25,991 nucleotides of DNA. It comes from a virus (Duplodnaviria; Caudoviricetes). The position numbers and the translations under genes were made by a program. Positions 1-7,687 of the stretch are shown here, piece by piece; the stretch's first letter is position 1, and the number at the start of each line of letters is the position of its first letter. The stretch covers positions 1-25,991 of the IMG/VR virus record IMGVR_UViG_3300017978_000322; one strand, given 5' to 3'. Under the pieces are notes generated by a model. That model made no database searches and had not been told where the DNA came from. It was given only the letters and a program-made list of their open reading frames with translations.

Positions 1-194
1 ATGGTGTCCAGCGTCAGGTTCTTGCCCACGGTTGTGACCAAGTTTTTGATGTCGTCTTCCCACTTGACGTTGCCTTGTGCGTCATAGCAAACAGCGTGGT
101 ACGAGCCTTGAATGCTCATCTGGTCAGCAGGTTGTGTGTTGTAGCTGCAAGCAGCTTCCACCTTGTCGGCGGCATTGATACGATCTGCGGTCAT
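1..194 (-). CDS. Virion structural/tail-associated protein, N-terminal part (runs off the window edge)
   Basis: Read by hand: ATG at 194 preceded by AAGGA. Open frame MTADRINAADKVEAACSYNTQ...YHAVCYDAQGNVKWEDDIKNLVTTVGKN to the edge. Position is within the structural operon. Confidence 0.6.
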   Translation of the reverse strand, partial: MTADRINAADKVEAACSYNTQPADQMSIQGSYHAVCYDAQGNVKWEDDIKNLVTTVGKNLTLDT

Positions 195-203
195 GGTAGG
201 TCC

Positions 204-650
204 TTATGAAATGCGCACGATGGCGCTGTTGGCATCGGGAGTTGGGAAAACAATCTGGAAAGTGGTGTTGCTGACCGTTTTGTCAGACCCGAAGTCCAAC
301 ACTGCAACGGACTTGTTGCCTTCGGTTGCGTTGTAAATCAGCGCCCCACGGGCCGTAAAGGAAGCCCCGGTCCACGACGTGTTTGCGAACGACCAGTACG
401 ACGTAGGCATTCCGGCCAGATTATTGGCCGCAACGGGAGTCACGCTGATTACCAGCGTGTTGCCCCCGGCCGTGTAGCCCGTGCCGACAGTCTCGCCTGT
501 GGTTGTGTACACCGCAGTGCTTGCATCCAAATTGGCGGCGGCTGTGTACAGCGCGATCTTAAACGTATCGGGCGAGGTAGGGCCAAAATTGTGGATGCCT
601 TGTGGCAGTTCCACCTTGAAGCTGGTTGTTGCGGTCTGTGCGATGGTCAT
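204..650 (-). CDS. Putative virion (tail) structural protein
   Basis: 148 aa, Thr/Ala/Gly-rich and beta-like (FKIALYT, ARGALIYN, VAVLDFGSDKT). Co-oriented with the morphogenesis genes. Confidence 0.65.
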   Translation of the reverse strand: MTIAQTATTSFKVELPQGIHNFGPTSPDTFKIALYTAAANLDASTAVYTTTGETVGTGYTAGGNTLVISVTPVAANNLAGMPTSYWSFANTSWTGASFTARGALIYNATEGNKSVAVLDFGSDKTVSNTTFQIVFPTPDANSAIVRIS

Positions 651-651
651 T

Positions 652-1314
652 TCAGGTCACTTTCTGACGGAACTGGCCCGAACGATACGCATCTTGACGC
701 TCCATACCATCGCCCAGACGTTTGGCCAGCGCAAGCGCTTCCATGAATTTCTGGTTGTACAGCGTCATCATGTCCTGCTCACCCTTCATGTAGGTGTACG
801 CCTCAACTAGCGAACCATACAGAAGCACAGAGTCGAAATTGTCACCAAGCCACGAAGTGCCTGCATCCACAATCGAGACAGGGTAGTAGAAGTAATGGAG
901 TTCAACTCCAAAAGACGCAGATGGGGTTGGCCCCAAAATGAAGGTGAGCTCATTTTCGTTGTCCGATCGTGGGCCAAACAGCGCGTAGTACTTGGGCAAA
1001 CCGTTGTTTGCCGGAGCGGGGTTTGGGTACGCCTGCCGGATGAAGTTCACATCCTTATTGAGCAGGTACTCGTAATTACCCAAGGTGTCGATCACGGCAA
1101 GAGAGTACGGGGCCAAGAAGTCAATCGGGCACTGAAGGTACTTGTTGTTGACCGTCGTCGTGCCTGTGACGTTCTTGCGCAGGGAAGGGAACTGCACCGA
1201 GTTGTAGACGCGCTGCTCAGTCTGCTTCACGAACACAGGTATCTCGGCCTCAAAGGCCGCATCCTGATTCTCCGTGTAGGCGATGATTGCCGCCTTCAAC
1301 TGGGTGTAGTTCAT
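652..1314 (-). CDS. Putative head-tail adaptor / tail tubular-type protein
   Basis: 220 aa. MNYTQLKAAI start, G.PKYYA..G, ILGPTP, LLYGSLVEAYTYMKGE, a pattern typical of phage adaptor proteins. Located in the structural operon. Confidence 0.6.
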   Translation of the reverse strand: MNYTQLKAAIIAYTENQDAAFEAEIPVFVKQTEQRVYNSVQFPSLRKNVTGTTTVNNKYLQCPIDFLAPYSLAVIDTLGNYEYLLNKDVNFIRQAYPNPAPANNGLPKYYALFGPRSDNENELTFILGPTPSASFGVELHYFYYPVSIVDAGTSWLGDNFDSVLLYGSLVEAYTYMKGEQDMMTLYNQKFMEALALAKRLGDGMERQDAYRSGQFRQKVT

Positions 1315-1321
1315 TCAGACC

Positions 1322-1525
1322 TCACGCCATCGGGCCACGAGCCATCACGCCCTTGGTAGCGCAACCTGTGCCACGGATTTTAATGCCAGAAGTTTTGGTT
1401 GGCTTGTAGTCGTTGCTGTGGTTGTTGGCCACGGACACGTTGGTGTCCGCCATGTGTTTCATGGCGTTTGCCTTGGGCAGCACGGCCTGTTTAGGGGCCG
1501 CTTTGACTTTGGAAGACGTTGCCAT
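1322..1525 (-). CDS. Small basic hypothetical protein
   Basis: 67 aa, Lys-rich. SD AAGGAG upstream. Ends IRGTGCATKGVMARGPMA, resembling the TKG motif of its neighbours. Confidence 0.7.
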   Translation of the reverse strand: MATSSKVKAAPKQAVLPKANAMKHMADTNVSVANNHSNDYKPTKTSGIKIRGTGCATKGVMARGPMA

Positions 1526-1526
1526 A

Positions 1527-1721
1527 TCAGGCTCCTTTGCGACCGGGGGATTTCTGGTTTGCCACTTTGGCCAAGTTCCGCCCCATCTTCAACATGTCGC
1601 TGTTGGTCTTGCCGCCAGCGCGAAGTTTGGTCATCGGCTTGCCGGGGTGCATGGCTTTCTCGTGCTTGTGCACTGCGCCAGCGACCATTTTCTTGTCCTG
1701 CTTCAAATCTTTTTTGTCCAT
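1527..1721 (-). CDS. Small basic hypothetical protein
   Basis: 64 aa, Lys-rich. SD AGGAG upstream. Contains LRAGG. Confidence 0.7.
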   Translation of the reverse strand: MDKKDLKQDKKMVAGAVHKHEKAMHPGKPMTKLRAGGKTNSDMLKMGRNLAKVANQKSPGRKGA

Positions 1722-1722
1722 G

Positions 1723-2115
1723 TCAGACTCCTATTTGTACCGTTACTGTACCAACTTCTACGCTCAACGCCAAGTTGTTTGGTGTCAATGCGTCATCAAA
1801 GAACCGAGACCCGCCAACCGGGTTCCAGCCCCACTGAATATCTCGGGAACCGCCCGTGTTGAATCCTGCCGTGTTCACGCCTGCCGTCACGTACGTCGTA
1901 TCCCGGCGAGGGTTACGTACTGCCTGCGGGTCGTCAACCGGGAACATGCCCAGTTGCAACTGCGGCTGATCGGGGTCCCAGCACGAATCGCAGACCAACG
2001 TATTGTAGGTTTTGGTTTTGATAACCTCTTTGCGCAGCGCGGTCAGCTTGAACTGAAAACCACACCGATCGCATATGGCAATCGAGTTCTTGGCACTGGC
2101 AAACCGATTACCCAT
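1723..2115 (-). CDS. Conserved phage protein with CxxC...CxxC (putative Zn-binding)
   Basis: ICDRCGF and VCDSCWD motifs. Abuts both neighbours. Confidence 0.7.
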   Translation of the reverse strand: MGNRFASAKNSIAICDRCGFQFKLTALRKEVIKTKTYNTLVCDSCWDPDQPQLQLGMFPVDDPQAVRNPRRDTTYVTAGVNTAGFNTGGSRDIQWGWNPVGGSRFFDDALTPNNLALSVEVGTVTVQIGV

Positions 2116-2814
2116 TTACGTACCGCTCCCGATGAACATCTGGCGTGGAACAAACCGAACCGCTGCTTTTTCGCGGTCTTCGTCCGAGGCCAGTTGCCAT
2201 GCTTCGTCGTACTGCTGCTTCAAAACGCCCAGACGCTCTGCGCCGCCGGGCACCTTCAGGGCCAAGTAGTAGGCCAAGCCTGCCACCATGCAGGGCAGGA
2301 AGCGGAACGGCATGTCCATTGTGTTGACGCCGTTGCCCGCATCTTGGATGCGCTTCAAGCGCCAGTACACGAATGTGTAGGGCTGCGAGTTGTCTGGCAC
2401 AGGCCAGACGGTGATGCGTGGGGTATTCAATCGCTCAATCCAGACCTGAATCGGACGGGCCTGTTGGAGCTTGTTGGGGATTGTGGCGTAGGTAGAAACA
2501 CTGATACGCGTGATGGTCAGGTCAGCCTGCGTTGATGCGCTGCCAGCGCCCGTGCGGATGACATGCTCCAGCAAATCCACCGTGTCTGCCGGGAGGTTGT
2601 ACGTCGCTTGGCCAGCCACCAACGGGATGGAGCCTTGCTCAAACGTCCACATGTTGATGCCCCGGTTGGCCCAATCGGCAAACATCAGGTTCAGCGACCG
2701 ACGAGCGGTGCGCAGGTCGTAACCAGTGCGCATCTCCGAGCCCACGCGCTCGAACGCTTCCTCAACGATTTCCGTCAAGTCGAGGTTGAATGCTGTGGTG
2801 CCGGATGTTGTCAT
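2116..2814 (-). CDS. Putative head-tail connector/adaptor protein
   Basis: 232 aa. EIVEEAFER, ARRSLNLMFADWANRG, VWPVPD, FLPCMVAGLAYYLA, an adaptor-like architecture. Confidence 0.6.
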   Translation of the reverse strand: MTTSGTTAFNLDLTEIVEEAFERVGSEMRTGYDLRTARRSLNLMFADWANRGINMWTFEQGSIPLVAGQATYNLPADTVDLLEHVIRTGAGSASTQADLTITRISVSTYATIPNKLQQARPIQVWIERLNTPRITVWPVPDNSQPYTFVYWRLKRIQDAGNGVNTMDMPFRFLPCMVAGLAYYLALKVPGGAERLGVLKQQYDEAWQLASDEDREKAAVRFVPRQMFIGSGT

Positions 2815-3044
2815 CTGAAGCTCGCTGTCTTTTTGGCGATGGTCTTGGGCTGGGCCACAAACTGTTTGCCCGCCGCCTTACCCGCACGTTTGGCTCTTGT
2901 GGTGGCCGCATACTCTGCGGGGCTGAGCGATTTTATCGCCTTCTCCGGCAAATAGCGCTCGCCCGTTTTGGACGAAGGCTTGCCGCTCTTGGTCCGCCAC
3001 TTCTGGTCAGTCCAGTCTTTGAGCGACTTTTGCGGGGCTTTCAC
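2811..3044 (-). CDS. Small basic conserved phage protein (QKSLKDWT...GERYLP type)
   Basis: GTG start at 3044 directly after the upstream stop is preferred over the track start at 3092. Extremely Lys/Arg-rich. Confidence 0.7.
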   Translation of the reverse strand: MKAPQKSLKDWTDQKWRTKSGKPSSKTGERYLPEKAIKSLSPAEYAATTRAKRAGKAAGKQFVAQPKTIAKKTASFR

Positions 3045-3045
3045 G

Positions 3046-3321
3046 TCAGTCCTTGTACCCGCCGCCAGCGGCCTTGTACTTCTTGGCCACAAGCTGGGCT
3101 TTACGGGCCGACCATTGGCCTGCGCCAGTGCCGTGCGTTGCCGCCGCCTTGACTTGACTCACGATCCGCTTGCGCAGACCGGGCTTGGTGTAGTTGCCAG
3201 CCGCGTTGACTTTGCCGCCTTCAGCGTACTGCGTGAAGTCGGTGTCATCCCGGCGTGCTTTTTTCACACCTTTGGGCATTTTTGAGGGGGCGATGTCCCC
3301 CATGCCGCGACTGGCCATCAT
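3046..3321 (-). CDS. Small basic conserved phage protein (GQWSARKAQL motif, DUF5872-like from memory)
   Basis: 91 aa. YAEGG followed by NYTKPGLRKR...GQWSARKAQLVAKKYKAAGGGY. Confidence 0.65.
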   Translation of the reverse strand: MMASRGMGDIAPSKMPKGVKKARRDDTDFTQYAEGGKVNAAGNYTKPGLRKRIVSQVKAAATHGTGAGQWSARKAQLVAKKYKAAGGGYKD

Positions 3322-3322
3322 G

Positions 3323-3535
3323 TCAGCAAGCCTTGCCGCCGTAGGCCATCTTGACCATAGTGCCCTTGGTGTGGCCCTTGGTCACACAACCGTCAGCGCG
3401 AGTGACGCCGCCTTTGGCCTTTCGCACCGCTGGCGCTGGGGCTGTTTTGCTGGCTGCGTTGTACGCCTTTTCGGCGGCCTCGGAAGCCTTCTTGTCCGCC
3501 ATCATTTGGCGAGCTTCTTTTTCTGCTGGACTCAT
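3323..3535 (-). CDS. Small basic hypothetical protein
   Basis: 70 aa. SD AAGGAG. KAKGG, DGCVTKGHTKGTMV and MAYGG; C-terminus paralogous to that of 3545..3949. Confidence 0.7.
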   Translation of the reverse strand: MSPAEKEARQMMADKKASEAAEKAYNAASKTAPAPAVRKAKGGVTRADGCVTKGHTKGTMVKMAYGGKAC

Positions 3536-3544
3536 GTCAACTCC

Positions 3545-3949
3545 TTAGCAAGTCTTGCCGCCACGTTTCATAGTGACCATAGTGCCCTTGGTCTTGCCTT
3601 TGGTGGCAATACCGTCACGGCTTGGGGCGGCGGTCTTGACCGAGCCCATCTTGGCCATACCACCTTTGGCCATTTTCATTTCGCCAACGATGCGCTTTTT
3701 CTCGTCCATCAGATTGCGCTTGCCTTTGGCTGTCGATGCTTTTTCAGCGTTGACGCGGCCCAGTTCTTCAAGACGATTCATGCGGGATGTGTTTGCCATA
3801 GTGTCACCACCTTCTTTGAATTTGCGGCCCTTGTCCGCGTTTGAAAACTCTTTGCCCACGGACTGTGGGACGCCTACTTTCTTGGCAAACGACGGGCTGT
3901 TCGCCACCGCCGCCATGAAATTGTGTTGCTTCTTGCTAGTTGATGGCAC
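3545..3949 (-). CDS. Basic hypothetical protein with repeated xxxGG motifs
   Basis: 134 aa. FKEGG, MAKGG, DGIATKGKTKGTMV, MKRGG. Confidence 0.7.
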   Translation of the reverse strand: MPSTSKKQHNFMAAVANSPSFAKKVGVPQSVGKEFSNADKGRKFKEGGDTMANTSRMNRLEELGRVNAEKASTAKGKRNLMDEKKRIVGEMKMAKGGMAKMGSVKTAAPSRDGIATKGKTKGTMVTMKRGGKTC

Positions 3950-4184
3950 TTCGCTGCTCCTTCATGAAGTCATCAATCTTGCCCTCAAGCCGGTCCAAGC
4001 GCGTGATTACGCGGTTGATGTCGTTGTGCATGTCCTGCTTGGTCACGAACTTGTCGGAGTGCTCTTCCCGAGTCTTGCTCAGCAAGATGGACAAGCGCTT
4101 GACCTCGTCATGGGAAATTTTTACCCAAAACAGAAGCAGCGCTGAAGCAAAAGACAGAACGGTATTCCAAACTGGCAATTCCAT
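3936..4184 (-). CDS. Small membrane-anchored coiled-coil protein (possible holin-like)
   Basis: N-terminal hydrophobic helix (VWNTVLSFASALLLFWV) followed by heptad repeats (INRVITRLDRLEGKID). The holin role is a guess. Confidence 0.55.
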   Translation of the reverse strand: MELPVWNTVLSFASALLLFWVKISHDEVKRLSILLSKTREEHSDKFVTKQDMHNDINRVITRLDRLEGKIDDFMKEQRSAIN

Positions 4185-4187
4185 GAT

Positions 4188-4442
4188 TTAGCACTTCCAA
4201 GCCCGCAGGCTCTTGTTGATCCTTGAGTTGGGGTCTTTGGCCGTCTTCTCGCTGGTCAGCTTCTTTTTCATACCCTCCATCCGGGCGCAAAAAGAGTCGC
4301 GGCGTTTGCCGCCCTCGGGCTGGGGAGCCTTCAGGCCGGGCTTGCCGGGATTGGCCTTGTTGTAGGAGGCCCGTCCTTTGGCGTTCAAACCGCCCTTCTC
4401 GGACTTGCCCTCTTTGCGCTGCCATGCTGGAGTCTTAGCCAT
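4188..4442 (-). CDS. Small basic conserved phage protein (SFCARM motif)
   Basis: 84 aa. GGLNAKGRASYN, RRDSFCARMEGMK, SLRAWKC. Overlaps the upstream gene's stop. Confidence 0.7.
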   Translation of the reverse strand: MAKTPAWQRKEGKSEKGGLNAKGRASYNKANPGKPGLKAPQPEGGKRRDSFCARMEGMKKKLTSEKTAKDPNSRINKSLRAWKC

Positions 4443-4941
4443 AGAAAATCGTCAAGCTGGTTTGGTTGGCCAGTTGCCCGTAGATGCCATTACGTGCCAG
4501 AACGCCCTGACCGGGGAACAGCAGTGTCACGACATCCGAAGCAGTGTTGGTGTCAAAAGACACCAGCCAGCGAGCGCCTTCGTTACAAGCAGTACCGGTG
4601 GACACGGTGCCAGAGTTGATGTCTGTCACGGTATAGGTATCCGCAGTCAGGCGTGTGACAACGTAGTTGCCGTTTGTTGCTGCACGTGTTGAGCCGTCCA
4701 GCGCAAAAGTCAGGCCGACTGTGTCGCCCGTTTTTAGCCCGTGACCAACGCGAGTTACCGTCACAGTCGTACCGGAACGACCGTAGGTCGCGGCAACAGG
4801 GGCTGCCGTAGCGTCCCAAAAGTTGATTGTCCCGGCGGTGGCAGTGCCCATCGAGATGAGCCCTTTCAAACGCGTGCGGCCGACAACCATCTGACCGCTT
4901 ACGTTCAGGTGGGCCGATAAGACATCGGTTTGCATCGTCAT
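4435..4941 (-). CDS. Putative virion structural protein
   Basis: 168 aa, Thr/Gly-rich beta protein containing HGLKTGDTV. SD AGGAG. Confidence 0.6.
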   Translation of the reverse strand: MTMQTDVLSAHLNVSGQMVVGRTRLKGLISMGTATAGTINFWDATAAPVAATYGRSGTTVTVTRVGHGLKTGDTVGLTFALDGSTRAATNGNYVVTRLTADTYTVTDINSGTVSTGTACNEGARWLVSFDTNTASDVVTLLFPGQGVLARNGIYGQLANQTSLTIFYG

Positions 4942-4961
4942 AATTAATCTCCTGTAAAGCA

Positions 4962-4975
4962 GGGGCCGAAGCCCC
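4962..4975 (-). terminator. GC-rich UUCG hairpin (weak terminator or stabiliser)
   Basis: GGGGC-TTCG-GCCCC on the minus strand between two genes. Only a weak U-tract (TGCTTT) follows. Confidence 0.4.
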
Positions 4976-4984
4976 CAAGATCAA

Positions 4985-5317
4985 TTAAGCTGCGATGACA
5001 ATAACGCCGTATGTTGCAGCGGCAGCGTCCACAGGAGAACCAGAGATGTTGGACGCACGGATGGTCACGGTATCGGCAGCCGAGACAAATGCGTTGAACA
5101 CCAAGCCAGCAGCGGGGGCAGCAGGCAGGGCCATGATGACTTCATCACCAACGGCCGCGCCGGTAACAGTGATGGTCAGGCTGGCCTGAGCAGCAGCGCT
5201 GATAGAAGCGAAATCCAAGGAAGCGGAAGCCGACAGTACTTTGGTGATGGTGTTGCCGTCGCCAGCAATAAAACCGTTCAAAGAGCGTACTGGGCCGGAG
5301 AAGGTGGTCAATGCCAT
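4985..5317 (-). CDS. Putative capsid decoration / minor structural protein
   Basis: Start re-set to MALTTFSGPV (ATG 5317, SD GAGG). Ala/Thr/Val-rich. Lies downstream of the capsid gene. Confidence 0.65.
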   Translation of the reverse strand: MALTTFSGPVRSLNGFIAGDGNTITKVLSASASLDFASISAAAQASLTITVTGAAVGDEVIMALPAAPAAGLVFNAFVSAADTVTIRASNISGSPVDAAAATYGVIVIAA

Positions 5318-5400
5318 GATAGTTTCCTCATGCGGTTGAGGCGTATCTGTCTGCATGACGTCGGCCCGGAGCCGTCAGATACACCGGAAAGTCCGGGGTT
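5318..5400 (-). ncRNA. Structured leader RNA (candidate Mu-gpT-DE-like element)
   Basis: 9-bp stem GUGUAUCUG/CAGAUACGC plus two 6-bp crossing pairings (CCCGGA/UCCGGG; UCAUGC/GCAUGA). The second pairing covers the SD. Family assignment not verified. Confidence 0.45.
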
Positions 5401-5411
5401 GTGTGTTTGTA

Positions 5412-6014
5412 TCATGGGGCCGGGGGAGTGTCAACGTGCTTGTTGGACTTTTTCAAGTTTTCTTCTTGGGTGATAACGCGCAGGTTCCACGGCACGTGCA
5501 GGCCGCAGACTTCTTCACCGCGCAGCGGCACGATGTGATCGACTACGTACTGCTCGCCTGTTGTCTGGGTCATGGTGATGGCGATCTGGTAAAGCTGCCG
5601 AATCTCGGACTTCTGTTTGCGCGTAAGCCACGGCGGTGTTGCGTCCCTGTGTTTACGGCGGCGGACCTTGTTGTCTGCCAGCACCTGCGTTTTGTTTGCC
5701 TCTTTCCATGCGTTACGGTACTCGCGCAACACAGAGGCTGGTCGCGTAGCTGCGGCCTGAATCACCTGTTCACGATTGTCTAAATACCAACCGTGCTTCT
5801 TCTCCCGCACCGCATCTTTACGGTTGTACTCCCGGAAGTACTCCGCTCTGGTTTCTGCGGCTTGTGCCCACTCAACTTTCAAACACTCCACGCAGGCCCC
5901 TTTGGTCTTGCGCGGCGCAATGTGCCCGTGCTTACAGGGATCACCGGTGAAATAGTATTTGGCTCCAGCCGCTTTTGCTTCGGCTCTGGTCTTGGGCAGG
6001 TTTGTGGTGTCCAT
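5412..6014 (-). CDS. Free-standing HNH homing endonuclease
   Basis: C-terminal VDHIVPL...CGLHVPWNLRVITQEENLKKSN. N-terminal YFTGDPCKHGH...CVEC putative Zn/DNA-binding module. Confidence 0.9.
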   Translation of the reverse strand: MDTTNLPKTRAEAKAAGAKYYFTGDPCKHGHIAPRKTKGACVECLKVEWAQAAETRAEYFREYNRKDAVREKKHGWYLDNREQVIQAAATRPASVLREYRNAWKEANKTQVLADNKVRRRKHRDATPPWLTRKQKSEIRQLYQIAITMTQTTGEQYVVDHIVPLRGEEVCGLHVPWNLRVITQEENLKKSNKHVDTPPAP

Positions 6015-6078
6015 ATCGGCTACTGTGACTTAGTAACAGGTAATGTACACTATCCAGCACAAAAAGCAAGCGGCAAAG

Positions 6079-6103
6079 AAAAAAGGCCCCGAAGGGCCTT
6101 TTT
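6079..6103 (-). terminator. Rho-independent terminator after the major capsid gene (potentially bidirectional)
   Basis: AAAAAAGGCCC-CGAA-GGGCCTTTTT, with a T-run on both strands, about 20 nt after the MCP stop. Confidence 0.85.
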
Positions 6104-6124
6104 GGAGTACTTTTAGTACTAGGT

Positions 6125-7057
6125 TCAGTTAGAACCGGAGCTGCCCCAAATTCCGAGCGGATCCGACCAGCCGAACGAATAACGCTCACGAGCCTTATAA
6201 CGTACGTTGCCAGTGTCAAAATCACCGTCCATTGAGGTCTGCAAAGCAGAACGCTCGAAGTGCTTCAGGCCGTTTGGAACGTCTGTGGTCAGGAACCAAG
6301 CGTTTGGATCGGTCAAGAAGTGGTTGATGGTGTAGCCACCAGAGATGGTGCCCATCTGCTTCAACGCGTTGATGTCGTTGTCAGCAGTAGCCACACGCAG
6401 CTCGGTGTCGAGCAGACGCTTGGAGACGAACATCAGCGATGGGGGAACCACCAACTTGACGGGCTTGGCTGCGATCAGCAGGTTACGCTCGTCAACCCAA
6501 GCAGCGATCTGGATCGTTGCGTTTTCCAGCGAGGTCTCGTTCAAGTCCACGCCAGTAGTTGGGCTGTTGTAGTTCACGCCGCCGCCCACGAGTGGGTGGC
6601 CAACGCGAGTGCCGGAGCTGTTGTTGCCGAACAACGACACGCCGTCACCGCCGAGGGCAGCGCCAGTGAAGCCGGTGTTCAACACGGAAGCAGCTTTGAC
6701 CTGCTTGGTGTAAGCCATACCGCGAGCCAGAGCCTTGGTGTAGCGGGCAGACAGACTGTCATACAGGTTGTCTTCCACAGCTTCTTCAGTGATGGAGAAG
6801 CCCAAAGCGATGGTTTCGTGGGTGTAGCGAGCAGTGAATGCTTCCTGCGCGTTGTCATAAGCGATGGCAGCGCCTTCGTTCTTGACAGGTGCAGCACCAA
6901 AGCCGGACAGCTTGGTTTCTTCTTCGAAGCTACGCTCAGATTTCTCTGTTTCGTAGATTTCTTTGTGCTCTTCGCCGTAGCGTGCATATTCCAAACCGAA
7001 CAAGGCGTTCAGACCGGGGAGCAGCTCTTTGAGCAGTTGTGCGCGTGAAATAGCCAT
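6125..7057 (-). CDS. Major capsid protein (HK97 fold, Mu gpT-like family)
   Basis: 310 aa, MAISRAQLLKELLPGLNALFG...LVVPPSL...DFDTGNVRYKARERYSFGWSD. Strong SD AAGGAG. Followed by a terminator and lies after the scaffold and cement genes. Confidence 0.9.
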   Translation of the reverse strand: MAISRAQLLKELLPGLNALFGLEYARYGEEHKEIYETEKSERSFEEETKLSGFGAAPVKNEGAAIAYDNAQEAFTARYTHETIALGFSITEEAVEDNLYDSLSARYTKALARGMAYTKQVKAASVLNTGFTGAALGGDGVSLFGNNSSGTRVGHPLVGGGVNYNSPTTGVDLNETSLENATIQIAAWVDERNLLIAAKPVKLVVPPSLMFVSKRLLDTELRVATADNDINALKQMGTISGGYTINHFLTDPNAWFLTTDVPNGLKHFERSALQTSMDGDFDTGNVRYKARERYSFGWSDPLGIWGSSGSN

Positions 7058-7070
7058 GGTTATTTACTCC

Positions 7071-7673
7071 TTAGATGCCAACAGCGTTGGTGTAGGCGTG
7101 AGCGCCGGGGTTGAACTTCACCAACACTTCAGTGAACGAATCGGACAGCGGGGAAGCAAAACCGATGATCTTGAACGCGGCAGCGGTTGTAACAACTGTG
7201 CTCTCCAAAGCGCTGGTAGAGTTACCTGTACGGGTAGAACCTGTAGAAGTAGACTGTGCAGCAGCAAAGAAGGTGTTTGCGCCAAGAGCAGCTTGGGTGA
7301 CTTGGCCATCCAACTGAGCTTGGAACGTCACGTTCGGGTCGGTGATCACGTATGCAGTCACCACGCCGGTTGTGCCGGAGGGGTAGTACTGAGCGTAAAT
7401 CTGCTGACCTTGCGCGTTGATGTAGGAGCAGCCAACGAACACGCCCCAAGCGCCGAGACTATCGCCGCCGAGGTTGTTGGTTGTCAGGTCCGCACCAGTA
7501 GCGGTAGACAGCGCAATATAGCCGTCGGCGTTAATGATAACGACTTGGCCAAAAAACAGGTTGGATGCCAGACCTGCGGGGTTGATCAGGAACTGACTCG
7601 TAGCGCCAGCATAGGGCATGCCGTCGTTACGGTTTACGGCGCGAAGGCCGTAGGGGTTGTTTGTCGTTGCCAT
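7071..7673 (-). CDS. Putative capsid cement/decoration protein
   Basis: 200 aa, PYGLRAV...GVFVGCSY...AYVITDPNVTFQAQ. Directly upstream of the MCP. Confidence 0.65.
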   Translation of the reverse strand: MATTNNPYGLRAVNRNDGMPYAGATSQFLINPAGLASNLFFGQVVIINADGYIALSTATGADLTTNNLGGDSLGAWGVFVGCSYINAQGQQIYAQYYPSGTTGVVTAYVITDPNVTFQAQLDGQVTQAALGANTFFAAAQSTSTGSTRTGNSTSALESTVVTTAAAFKIIGFASPLSDSFTEVLVKFNPGAHAYTNAVGI

Positions 7674-7687
7674 TTAAGGACTCCTTG

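Noticed and set aside
1519-2535. 338-aa plus-strand ORF and other long antisense ORFs in the left arm (e.g. 6260..7048, 7029..7826, 11068..11817)
   Set aside because: These are shadows of well-supported minus-strand genes in GC-rich DNA, with no RBS or recognisable motifs.
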